Positions 1-15,500 of a stretch of 64,000 nucleotides of DNA are shown one piece after another; position 1 is the stretch's first letter, and every line of letters starts with the position of its first letter. Position numbers and translations under genes: made by a program. The notes beneath the pieces were generated by a model, which worked only from the letters and a program-made list of their open reading frames with translations, searched no databases and had not been told where the DNA came from. This DNA is from Pelomyxa schiedti (Eukaryota; Protista; Evosea). The stretch lies in NCBI GenBank assembly GCA_020536535.1, contig JAHLWZ010000123.1:62001-126000 (forward strand). Reading direction: 5' to 3'.

Positions 1-1700
1 CCGGCTTGATATGATAACACTGCATGAAGATGTCTGCATCTTTTCCCAGCAACTCCTGGCAAAAAAAAAATGTGTTACGATGAGATAACAGGGAAAAAAT
101 GAAATGCGGAAAGGAAACAAACCTGAATCTCATCAGCGCGCCACACATAGAATTTCCCCTCGACGCCCTCGGAGTCAGCATCCTCTGCTGAGTAGAACAC
201 ACCCTCCGGTGATTGAAGGTAATTGGTGACATAGGTGATGATTTCTCTTGCTGTTTGGGGCTTAGTCAAGCTGAAAAGACCACTTGGAAGTTCACATAAA
301 GAGGGACAACCCACCCGTTTCGGCGTAAAACTCATTCCCGGTCGCCTACAAAACCATTAACTTATCATGACAAGATAGCAGTCTATGTACCTGGAAAGCT
401 TCTGTGTATGCCATCAAGGTTGTTGCCTACCAAAAAGTAAGTAGAGTAGAAATGATTGCATTGTGATGCACACCTGATCGTAAAGCATTTTCTCGAAATG
501 AGGAACACGCCACTTGTTGTCAGTTGAGTATCGGTGAAACCCAAAACTGAATCGCCTTTTGGTAAACAAAATCGGGGCAAATATGAAAAAAGCTCACCCC
601 AGGTGATCATAGATCCCTCCGTGCCGCATCCTTCTCAATGTCTGGTCTCAACTTAGTCTTGCTGTCATTGGGTGAAAGGGGATTACATGCTCCAGCATCT
701 GAAGTGCTTGAGGGGATCTCTCACGTCCGTACAGCCGTAGACACAAGCATAAAGTGTGTGGCGTTGGAAACTTGGGAGCATGGCCGAACCCACCATAATG
801 TGAGTCAAACGAAGATTTCAGGTTTGCCAACCTGAAATACATGGCATTTTAGATTTATGTGTATCAGAGAGCTCTTCCTTACGCTTTGTGTAGCGGTTCA
901 GTGGTGACCTCTGCACTTTCTTGTAAGTCACTTTCAATCTCTCGCAAAGCGTCACAAACAGTATTGGCGTTTCCAATGAGATCATCTCTCCTAGTGTTCC
1001 ACAATGTTGAGACTTTCTCCATGAGCTCCACGAATCCCATTTGCCCGAACCTGAAAGTAGCAGATTAATACGCAGAGTTGTTGTCGTGGGAAACCTTGAA
1101 TGTGGAGGCAAATATGTCCCAGCGAAAAACGGCTTCTTGTCGGGAGTCATGATGATTGTTAATGGCCACCCACCATGCCCAGTCATGGCCTGACAAGCCC
1201 CCATGTAAACACTGTCAATATCTGGATGTTCTTCGCGGTCAACCTGTTTTCCCCAGGTGTAGTTCAAAATTAGTTGCCATGCAAAATGACTCAAAAACAC
1301 AGCAACCTTGATATTCACAAAATTGTTGTTCATCAACGTAGCAATGGAGCTATTTTCTGAACACAGTAAGGTCAGACAAACTAGAATCCCAAGAGCAAAA
1401 GAGAACAAAACTGAACTTGAGCATACCAAAAGATTCATGGGCCATGACGTGGCACCAGTGGCAAGTTGAATACCCAATGCTGAGCAAAACAGGGCAATCC
1501 CTACGACGGGCCTCCTCGAACACCTCATCGCACCACTCCCACCACCACACCGGGTTGTTCGCGTGTTGTTGCAAATAAGGGCTGCGCGATGCAGACAATT
1601 TGTTGCGGTTCTTGTTGTCGGTCGCAGTAGCGGCGGCTGTGGTTACTACTGTTGGATCTGAAGATGCAGCAGCGGAACTAGCAGCTGTCGTTGTTGCCAT
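1..1700 (-). CDS. SPATA20: SPATA20/YyaL-like thioredoxin-domain (DUF255) protein, multi-exon, 3' end outside the window
   Basis: Spliced translation gives [75 protein letters not shown] and [19 protein letters not shown]. All introns are GT-AG. Confidence 0.93.
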
Positions 1701-2008
1701 CTCGCGGAAATACGTACGTAAGTGAGCCCAATGCCGGTTTACACTCGTTCAATAAAAGATCCAGTAGTAATGCAACCGTGCGCGCTTACGGACGCCTGCT
1801 GCGAAGTAAAGGGTCAAAGATCTCATTTTTACCGTCTCAAAACGCGAAATCACCGAGAAATAAATTTTTAAATTGGCGGGTGCTGGGGTGCCATTTTTTT
1901 CATTTTTCTGGAAGTACTAATACCCAATGGTGGGAGAGTCACTCTGTTGTAAGAGAATTAATTCTTGACTGAGGAAGTTGATCCTGTCCTCCTTGAATAG
2001 TTGGCAAT

Positions 2009-3570
2009 TCAGGCCAAGGAACATGTAGGACGACCACTGATTTGTGGTTGTGATCGTGTTCTTGTTCCCGGTCCTCCCTTATTACTCTGCAATAATGCCC
2101 ATTGTCCCACTCTGCTGTCATGTACCAGCTTTTCCCACGGGATTGCGGATATGAGCTCTTTCATGAGTGGTTGTGGGATACAACTGATGGGGCTTCTTTT
2201 CCCTGTTTTGGCTGTTTAAAGGAAGGCTTGCGCTGTTTAGTGATACCGGTTCTGCCGTGGATTCCACAGAGTAACGCCAGCTTGAGTTGCACAATGAGCT
2301 CCTTCCAGTTAACAGAGAGTCTTAACAGTATTTGTTTATATGGCGCACAGACTTAGAAGGAATCCCCCCTTATTTATTGTGTGAACCTGTCTTTTATGGA
2401 ATGGGCTAGTAGTATGAAGAGTTCATCTACATTAACGTCGCACTTCGCTGATGTCTCAATAAAAGGCATGCCCATTCTATCAGCGAATTCTTTTGCCACA
2501 GAACTTTCAACAACTCTTTTGGAAACCAGATCTATTTTGCTGGCAACAAGAACCTGTTGAAGAGAGATTGGGTGCATTGCCTTTACACTTGTGTACCTTA
2601 CAAATGTCTTCACATGCACTCTTCTCAATTTCATCAAGTACATGTTTAACATTGCTGAATGTCTCCATATTCGTGCTATCAAAAACAATGGCAACACCGT
2701 GTATGTCCTTGTAGTGTGGTCTACTTACTGTTCCATCCGCCTTGACAGTATCCCACTGAAAGGACTCTATTACTTCGGATGTGGGCCACATGTGGTCATA
2801 CAATTTGAAGCCTTATATATTTGCCATCACATTCAATAGTTCTTAACCGCTGCCAGTAGAAGTGTAAGCTATGGCGCTATTGATTTTTCATACAAAGTCA
2901 ATACCAGCTGCTTCGATGTATGCAGCTGGCCACAAAGTGCCCTATAGGGCAATTACTTTGTACAACCAGGAAGAGATAGGGAAAAACAATACCACAAATC
3001 GTTCCAAAAGCCAGGCTGAAATTACATTAGAAAGATGATGAGTTTCAAGCACAACAAAACATACTTTTCCCAACACCGCGGTCACCATGCAACAGTACTC
3101 GAAAGAGAAAATCGCTTTCAAATGGGTGATGAAAAGTAAGCTAGGAAAATCGGTTACAAGGGTCTCGCCATCTACTCGGGATCGTTATTTGATTGCTTAA
3201 GAGAAGAAAAAGTAAAACGAGCCTGTTTTTTTTTATTCAGCCAACAAACAAACAAAAAACCAAAAAAAAAAAGGGTTCTGTTCTCTATCACCAAGTTGAG
3301 GTACCATGTTTGTAGTGGAGGGTGTGGACGCACCCACAATGAGTGGATGAGAGACGGAGAGACCAACCTGTGCTAGAAGATCTACTAACTGGAAATGCAT
3401 GATAGCCGCGGCGTCAGTGAACACCTGCGGTATGAATGATTACCCGAGAAAATGAGAATAACAGATACCCAAAGTTATCTCACTTTATTCTTTAGAAGAC
3501 CGTCGACTATTACAAGGGTGGCTGTGGAGTGTGATTCTGTTTCAGCAAGTCCACAGTGTATCCTTATCCT
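2009..3570 (-). CDS. Divergent Rab1-like small GTPase with an N-terminal extension, a post-G-domain HxRxGxxSP module and a C-terminal CAAX (5' end uncertain, may extend to about 4200)
   Basis: Spliced: [56 protein letters not shown]. An in-frame GT-AG intron after KDR leads to LALLCGIHGRTGKRSPISCIPQPLMKELI...PTCSLA*. Confidence 0.8.
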
Positions 3571-4620
3571 TTAATTTGAATTCTCTTTCAATCCACAAAA
3601 GCTGTGACTTTTTAAAAATACAAACAGGACCGTAGGCACACGGTTCACAAAGCCGAAGATTCCGCAACCAGACTATGCTGATTCCCGGCGTTTCATTCCA
3701 GTCGGCCGTGCACCCTGAAGTAGGAACATTACTGTGGCTAGAGAAAAAAAAAAACAGGGGGAGAAGCAGGTACCACTGAATTCCGTTGGAATCGATTGAT
3801 TACTCCAAAAAAATCTTTCTAGCATCGCGATGCCAATAAATCGCCGATTACTTCAGAGTATCAGAAGAAGGAGTAGTCCATGTTTCATCTTAGAATTCCA
3901 AACTGTGTGAGCATATGTACTTGCACGGTTCCTAAGGGTATTGGCAGGTTGCCGTGTGTTGTGTAATTTTTACAGTGAATGTGCCGAGGTAGATTGGGTT
4001 TGGGTAGTGACCACAACACTGTGAGGTGTGTTGGGGTGTTGATGGTTGTTTTTTTACTTGTGTAGTAAGGGAGAAAGAAGCCCGAATACAAAAGAGTTTA
4101 TTGTTTATTACTTTAGCTTTTGCTTGAGCCACTACAATGGTGTCGTTCCCGCCTTATAAAGGCACTAGAATCAGTTCTAGGTGTCGCCTGAATGTCCCTC
4201 AGGGTCCCAAACAGATTCGCGGTAGTTTTCCCAGAAATCCATCAGTGATTAGAACCGTACTTAGAACTACAGCGACTCGAAGTCACCTCGCCACAGAATG
4301 AGGTTACAGCAATCAAACAAGCCGTGCATACTGGCGTGCTTTCTTTCGTCAACGCAATGGTGCACCCACTCGGAACAATTCTTACCCTTGAATTCTCAGT
4401 TTTCTGTGTCTACCGTACGGGGGTTGATTTGGCACTCACTTTTCCAGGACTGCCACCCCACCATGTTTGTTGTGTAAGTTCCCTTGTTGGTTGGTTTAAA
4501 GTCGACCGACATGCCTTCAACATCTCCAATTTCGAAATTGAATTTATTTGGCAGCTCCTCTTGTGCAGAGGCAATTTGGTTCGGAAATCCAACTCGCTTT
4601 CCAGGAATTCGCCGCGATTG

Positions 4621-6701
4621 ATGGCGCAGCAGACGGTAGAGACGCTGAGAGGCATGTTCCCTGATGCCAGTGACGATCTGTTGCAGACCGCTGTGGCTAC
4701 TTATGGGTGGGACATTGAGCAATGCCTGGACTACGTGCTCGCCGCATCCACCAAGTCACTGAACTTGTCCTCGGCGGCCCCGAGCGCCACGGGATTTGGG
4801 ATTGTGGGACAACGATCTGGGGACGTTCTCTTCACCGAGGCTGAGGACCCGAAATTGCACCCTGTGACATGTTTCTCAACTCCCAGTTCCAGCGAAAGTG
4901 CATATAATGTGTGCTCCCATAATCTGGGCAGCTTCTCTAAAATCGGAGACGATCCTGCGCAATCAGCGGCCGCTCCGCCGCTTTCTTTGCCAATTTTTGA
5001 AATCCCAAGTTCACTGGCTCCATCACAAATCATCCCACAATCAACTCCCACAATTGGAGTTTCCAGTGCCGTTTCCGTTTCTGAGGATGACGACGATGAC
5101 CTTCAGCTACTCATATATCTTCTCTCAAATGTGAAGGAGGAATTCGTTGTTTCCACCTATCGGGAAAATTCTCGTGATTTTCGAAAGAGCGCCGATCATA
5201 TATTGGTATCTGAATTCCCTAAGGTAACTGTTTGTTTAATAGTACTACAGAGTATTATTGCTTCAACAGAGTCAGTGGAGGACCTGAATTATTTGACCAA
5301 GAAACTGGATGCCTGTGACGAAAATTCTGATGTATTGAAAGTAAATACGTCAGCAGACCCTGTGGGAAGAATGTGGATTGATGCTCTAATCACAAAGTCT
5401 TTTCCAGTGCATTTGACTTTTCTCACAAAAGTAGGGTACCTTCCTTCCCTGCCACTGGAACTCTGTCAGCCGAGTAAATCTTTTTCTATCCATTTTCTTT
5501 TCTTTTCTTTTCACGGTTCAAGAGAAACCCTTGCGGCGGACGAAGAGCTTGCCAGGAGACTCTCTCAAAAGTTAGACAGATTACCCTTTTTTTGGGAAGC
5601 TAATGGAAATAGGTTCCAGGATGAAACCAATCTACAGGACGTTCCACGTGTTGAAGAACTTGCCACCCAGGAAGTAGTCTCAATCTAGTTATTCATCTTC
5701 ACTTTTCTATTTGACCACTTTCAAAGGATTTCCATTACATCATGGAAATGACTCAAATCGATGTTCAGACCAGAGTTCAGTCCGATCTTCATAAGTGTGA
5801 TCTTGAATCTGAAGAATTGAAAACAACAGTTTCAAGGACTCTCCTGGAGAGGTTTCCAACCCAGTAATAAAGATTTACTCATTTGGTTCAGGTTCATAAA
5901 ATGTTTGGATGGGAAGGCCTCTGTTTCTCTATGTTACCATGGAACTGACTCAAAGAATGTTGCAAGCATCTTGGAGCTGGGATTAATTGCTCCTGGGCAG
6001 GATGAAAGCAAAAATGTTACAATGGCACATGGATCCGCTCTTGGTGTGTTAATTTCACCTCTATGTGAGAAATCATCTGACCACATTTCCAGGAGTTGGA
6101 GTATACCTTGCAAGGAGCCCAAAGGAAGCAAGCCGCTTCTGCTGTGGTGATGGGCTCAATGTTATTGTCTGCCTTGCTCTTATCGGCAATACATTGGTAA
6201 CCACAACCGACGGAGGAACACTCGTCATTAACAATCCAAACGAGGTTTGCCTAAATTGCATAGAATTGAGTTGAATTAGCTCCTAATATCCCCATCCCCT
6301 CCACCACAAAGGTTCTTCCAGTGGGACTCCTCAGAATCCAAAAGCCCAAAATAACCCCATGCAGTTCTATTTTCGGCGCATCCTCTCTTCCTTTCACCTT
6401 CAGCACTTCTCATCCAGCACCAGTCTCCCCTCCTCACCACCCACCGGTGGCACATTCAACACCCCCTCAGCCACATCCAAGTCTACTATTTCAACTGCCG
6501 CCTCCGTCGCCCCCGCGGCCACATCCACTATTTCAACTGCCACCTTCACCACCCCCGCCACCACAGCGTTATGAGCCAGTGCACAGTAGCTGGACTCCCC
6601 ATTATTATGGGTCAGAAACGGTTCACTACGGCCCAAGGGGAGGCCGCTATGTCATTAATGGCCACGGAAACAAGGTCTACCTGTCACAAAGGAGGCACTA
6701 A
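4621..6701 (+). CDS. CUE/UBA-like domains + PARP-type ADP-ribosyltransferase domain + Pro-rich linker + GPRGG basic-adaptor tail
   Basis: ETLRGMFPDA...IEQCLDYVL (CUE); DEELARRL (ubiquitin-binding-like); CYHGT...HGSALGVGVYLA...VCLALIG...LVINNPNEVLP (ART fold); terminal VHYGPRGGRYVINGHGNKVYL. Confidence 0.8.
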
Positions 6702-6997
6702 GGTCGATTCGCGTTCACCACTCTCACAACTCTGGTTCTCATTCAGAACTATCTCGGAAATGGGTGGCACCACTCGTCTCCTTCAAATTAGGACTTCAAC
6801 GCCAAAAAAATCCATTGGTGAACAAAATTTTATCCACTCGATACCAACATGAATGTAAGAATAAAGATCTCAGTTTGTGCCTGTTGTTTCGCGTGAAAAA
6901 TAGTGCCAAACCAAAAAAACGAAGTAAAACCCCTGCTACTCTGAAGAGACAGTGAAAAAAAAGAAAGCATCAAGACAGCATAAAAACGATAAAACCA

Positions 6998-9427
<2,430 letters not shown>

Positions 9428-9566
9428 GACTACTACGGCATTGAGAGAGCAAAAATGTATACTTCCTTTTAGCACCAACAAACTTAATTTGAGAAACATA
9501 AGAAATAGCTTCTTTTCAAACAACCTTAAAATATTCCCTCCTTGTCAATAAGAAGGAGCTTCTTAT

Positions 9567-12500
9567 TTAAATATTACTACAACAGGCTGGGAAAGCACTT
9601 GTTGAGTGCCCCCATACAACAAAAATCCTGGCTTGGGGCGTCCACATGGGTTGGATCCTTTTTGTCAGGACAGTCAATAAACAATAGACAGTAGGATTGG
9701 CATCATAAGTCAGTATTGCATCAAAGCCAGCATTCATCATGTCTGTGTAGTGACACGGCCAGGGTGCCGGAAATTGGAGGCCGTTGTTGTGGGGTTGGGT
9801 GAAGCATTTGGTTGAGAAGCTGGAGGAGGGTATTGCCGAATCGGGGTGAAGTGAGAGTTGCCCCAACAGCGGAAGAGGGCGCTGTGCTTGTGTTGCCTGG
9901 AAGCGTTGTTGTACTTGGTACCGTAAACGCAGAGAGCTTGGTGGGATTGGGGAGGTCTTCAATGGATATATTGTCACTTCCCTAATGTGGCATGTTAGAA
10001 AAGGAATTTCGACAGGTGAATGTACCAAACTTTTTTCCTGAGAAGATTCTAGGGCGAATACAGTAACGGAGGAGAGAACTGAAGCGGCAGCCCACTTGTC
10101 AGAATGCTCCATACAGACCAGCGGCTGCATAAATGCCGTTTTGTTCCGGGATGGTCTTACTTCAGGGGGAGTAAAGTGAACGGGAATGTTTGGTCCCCAG
10201 AAAGGTGAACAGCACCAGGGAAACTCATAGTCCACACCCCCAATAAATTGAGCACAACTGAAATCGGACAAATGTGCGGACCCTGTACAACCAAAATTAG
10301 ATTGAAAGGATAGGTTAGCCACTATTCAAACATGTTTGAGGTGCAGTCCCATTTGCTCCAGGATACGAAACAATGAGAATGTTCATAGGAGATATATTGG
10401 CGTGAACGAGTTTGTTCGTTGTGAGAAAACTCAGTGCAAAACACAAATCCCCAAGAATATCACTGAGAGTGTCATGTGTGAGGTTGATGATGTTTTCCGG
10501 TCGAGCCAGCGTGAGAAGAGTAAATTCCATTTTTGGGACAATTGTTATGTAAAACAAATCGTGTTGCAGAGCATGCCGCTGATGAGAAACTAAGGATTGG
10601 TTATCGAACCACTGCCAAGGAGTGAGTACGTAAGAAAAAAAGGTTTCACTTCTTACCTCCGGCGGAAGAACTGAAGTGAAATGGTGGATCGGCTGAATTA
10701 CACGTGGATGTCGTGGCAATTTATCGAACACACCTAGATTTCAATAGGTATGGGAGGAAAAAGGGTGATTGCACACTGATTTCATGTATTTGTGAGCTGG
10801 AGTTCTGTGAAATTTTTGCCATATAAATTGTGGGGGTGCTATTGCCTGGAAGTGTGCACTCCAAGTAAACAGTGCAGCAGTCTTTGTCACTGACAGAGTG
10901 CCCACAGAACTTGACTGACCCGCTTATTCCTTTCATCCCTCCACCAATGCAAGTCATTATTCCTTCCATTTCAGAGATGGTTTTGGACCAAAATTTATCT
11001 TTGCCTCCCCACAATTTGAATAAATACTCTTCCTCGAGTGGTGAGCAGAACGCACTTGACAGTGGCTTTTCAAATACAACAGGGAAAGGCTTTGGTACCA
11101 AGGTGTTCACAGTGCACATGGGCATGGAAATAGAAGCGTGCTGGATGAAACCATCTTGTGTAGCCCATGCCATGTAGGAGTGTGATTGTGCTCCTATTCC
11201 AATCTCGGACAGAGAGAGAAAGGAAATATTTTTTTCGCTAAGTTGCTGGGATTTGACATTGGCAGACAGGGCAAAATCCCACAGGCAGAGCTCACCTCCG
11301 GTTATGAGTAACATTCCATGTAAAAAGTCGGAATTACTGCTCCTTGTAGATTGCGAAGAAACACCAACTAGAGAAGAAATGATCGCTGAAGTAGTTGCAT
11401 TTGTAGCATCTGAGTCCACTTCAATTGCCGTTGTCAAGTTATTAAGAGAGTCCCACACTAGAGCGCCTTTCTTGGCTGCAACCCATAGGGTGCTTAGGGG
11501 TTGCGAGTGTGATGCACATATTGAGGAACATAGAACGCTGCTTGCACAGACTACACCACTTTCAAGAATTGAATGGGTGAGTTGATGAAGTTGGGCATAA
11601 GTGCGGGTATCCAGGATGCGAACATTGGTATTGGTGCACACAGCAACACTGTTTCCCAGTGACACTATCGACACAATACCTGAGGTGTTCGAAAAACCCA
11701 AGGAAAATATCTTATGGAATCTCATGTGCCCCAAAGAGCATTCCCACACACAGACATTTCCTTCGTCATCTCCACTCCACACCCAGCACACACCTGCACC
11801 AGCGGTTGTTGTGCTGTCAGGTGAGACAAGCGCAAGGGCAGTGACACCACATGGTGTTGAGTACGATCTACTTGTCTTATTTCCAACAACTTGAGCAATT
11901 GGATCACAATTTTCACCATCCCACATATGGATTTCCCCAGAGCAAGAAGAACTGAGCATCACAGATTTCAATAGACAACACTCACGTTCCCTTTCGGTTA
12001 TAACATCTTCATCAATTTCAGCGACTCGCAGTGGAAGAAAGGATGTCACTTTCGCAGAGAAATGGGGTCCCCATCCATGTGCCTTCCAGTGAAGAAGGAG
12101 TTTGTCTGTACTGATAGGTTCTTTGTGACAGTCGATGTTAACAACAGCTATTGTGCCATTGTTAAAACCGCACCAAATGTGTGATGAGCTGCAACACATG
12201 GTACTGAGCGCAGATGTTATAACTTGCGTTTGCACTGCACTCTGAGGCGTAGGAGGAACTTTGGTGGGTGTTGGAGCTACTTTTACTGGAGTTTGAGGAG
12301 TAGGCTGTGGCTGTGACTGTGACATGAGGGGTGTTTGTGCTGTGTTGTTGCGCGTGGGAGTTTGTGGTGGTTGCTGTCTGGATGGTGTATGGGGGATTAT
12401 TTGTTGTTGCTGGAGTTCTTGGTGCTGTTGAACAAGTGTAGAAATATTGAGAGAAACAAAAGGCTGAATCAGAGAGAAGCTACTCCACCCAGATACATCG

Positions 12501-15500
12501 TCTTCTTTCTGATCCACTATGGCAGTAGCAATAGGGCTGTTGCTTTCTGAGTTGGCTGTTTGAATAGAGGAAGTAGGATCACCCAATGCGTTATTGGCAG
12601 AGTTTTGAAGCTCTTCTGCACAGGAAATGGCATCTTTGTTGTTTTCAGGAAGACTAATGCCAGAGTCGGTTGTACTGTTATGTTGTGGAGTTACTTCAGC
12701 CGTGGAATCTTTCTCGGTGGTTGTAAGGTTGGTGATTACATTGGGGGCACCATTCGGGCTCTCCAACGCAGAAGCTCCTTTTTCTGGTTGGACAGGAGGT
12801 AAAGGGTTGTTTTTCAAATCTTCTTCAATAAGTTCAAGCTCACTTGGGTCTAGTTCTTGATCAAGGCTTGTGGTTGGCGCCCTGGGGTAAAATGAATTAC
12901 AGCACTATTAGTGAGGTGGAATTAAAATGAGAAGTTACGGTTCGGTTGTGGACTGCAAAAGGCTGAGTATATCAGTGAAAGAGCCTCGGTTTGCTGGTAG
13001 TAAGGACCAACAGGAATCCATCACTTCAATTGCCCAATGAGGGCAAGTCCAGGACCTGGTTCCGGTTGTGTGTGCCTGCAAGGGTGGTTCTGGATGAACC
13101 TTCCCCACAATCAATCCATTTCTCACACTAAGATCCTTCAATACAGGTTTTGAATTACTTCCCACAATGCTGTACATTGGATCACCCAACAATGACGAAA
13201 AAGCGGATGTGAGAGGATCAACTATCAATCGAGTCAGCATGCCAAAGCTCCACACATCAGCCTTTACGCCATATCTGGCTCCAGTCAATACCTCGGGAGC
13301 GAAAACGTCCGCACGCTCTCTTGCCCCCATTGACCCTCCTGATACCAGTTGCTCAGACAAGCCAAAATCTGCAACCTTTGCCCATGGGCCCGGTGCGTGC
13401 ACGTCAAGTGAGCAAATGAAAACGTTCCCTTCAAGAGGAGTGAGATGTTTTGGAGGGAGTAGAATACGCATACCAGCATGCAAATCTCTGTGAAGTAGAG
13501 GTGGAACTTGGGAATGCAAATGATACATTCCACGGGCAATATCCGCTAGGATGTTCCTGCGAAGTTCCATTGGGAACAGCTGTTCCAACGTCTCCCGCTG
13601 CAACTCAAGTTCAGCTGCATGCTTCGAAGTTGAGGGAAGGCTTGAAGTATTGCTGCTGGATGTAGGAGCTGGTGAAGCATTTTGTAACAACGGTGCGACT
13701 GACGTGGAAAGCGAACTACATATGGCACCAGTGGAAGAGAATGCTGGAGCTACGGTTGATGATGACAGTGCAAGCAATTTTGGTGAGGAGGAAACTGCTG
13801 GCCTTGCTGATGATAACGAAAGAAGGGAAGGTGTTTTGGAAGAAGCTGAGCAGGAGCGGACTGGATTGGAAGTGGAATTTGAGGTGGAGGCTTCCCTTGG
13901 CAATTCAGGGCCCTCAACCTTGTCCAGTAAAAGTGTAATAAGGTAGCCAAGGTCGGGCTTTTTCAGTGCTGAAAGGCCCAACGCGGTTTGCAAATCAGCT
14001 GGCATCATTGGCATAATGAATTCCATCACAAGGCAAATCTCTGGGTGTGTGCACACGCCAAAAAAACGAACAATATTTCTGTGAGGAGGGACCATGCTCA
14101 TCATGTTTGCTTCATATAAAAACTCTTGCAGTGCAGTGGCAGACACAGAGTATGCTGGGTCAAGCGGCTGCTTGACTGCCACCAAGTGACCCTTCCATTC
14201 TCCTTTCATAACTTTGCCAAATCCTCCTTGCATTGATGTTGCAGATTCCCCGGTGTTTGCACCATTCCCTTGTTGGGTCCCAAATAACCTTATTTCTTCT
14301 CGAGAAAGTACTGGAAGGTGTACGAGGGCAATATCAGGGGCCAGAATCGACAAGCTTATTGCCCTGTCCCCCTGCTGTTCTGTATGATTGATATCTGACT
14401 TACAGTAGAGCACGAACTTCTCTAAATTTCTGGCTCCAATACACTCCGCCATTGAAAAAAGGTAAATGTCCTTGTGGTGCATATCTTGTGACGTCTTGAG
14501 GCAATGAGGGCATGGTATCAATTGACGCATTTCAGTCAAGAGAGAAGGGTAACAGCTGGTGAGCATTGCGAAAAAGGTGTTTATTATCTGCACCAACAGA
14601 AGCTGTCGGGGAAGCATGGAAACCGACGTAGTGGAGTTCATAGTTGGAGTAACAACGTGGGGAATTGTGGGTCCAGATGTTGTTGGTGGTGCTGTGTGAA
14701 AAAGAGATGGTAGTATGGGAGTCGAGGAACGTGGTTGAGAAGGTTTAAGAGGAGGGGAGGGTGGTGGGGAGGATCGAGGTGCTGATGGAGTAAAGGATAC
14801 CTGGGTTGTTGAAGGTGGAATTGGAGCTGTAGGAGTGCGTGGGGGTGACCCACTAAAGGAAAGAAAAAGGGGAGGCGAGAAGTCTCGAACAGGACAAGAG
14901 ATTGTAAGTGGCCGTAAGGAGGGTGCTGAATATGGTACTGGGACATTAGGGGGTGCCACCAAGGAAGAAGTAGAGATTCCTCGCATTGGTTGGAGCCTTA
15001 GGTGCGGAGTGGAGACTGAATTTTTGGAGTTCTGTTGGGGAGGGGCAACCGGAATATCGTGGTCAGTACTCCAAATGGACACTGTAACAGACAACCGAGA
15101 GCGCTCTTCATCAAACTTCAAATCACCTTGCTGGGTATTTCCAAGATAGGAAACTATCATCCCATCTCGCCAAAGAGATATTGGTGCTACACCCGGTATT
15201 CCGAGAATTCTTACCATGAGTCTTGCAAAAAGCCCAACTGGAACAAAATTGAACTCGAAAACTCTTCCATGGTGATGTGCAGCAGTGGCTGGGTTGGGGC
15301 GGTAATTGGTAGTTCCAGGTTGGTTGTTGGATAGGGGCTGAGCCTGTGGCAAAGTTTGTGATAGGTCGTGCATACTGTTGGAACGCGACAAGTGACTGCC
15401 AAACGCAATTACACCCCTCTTTGACTTGAGAGGGTCAGTGTGTGGTAATAGGCAAGGTACAAGTATCCTTTCCTCTCCCCCACTAATATCAGGTATACGG

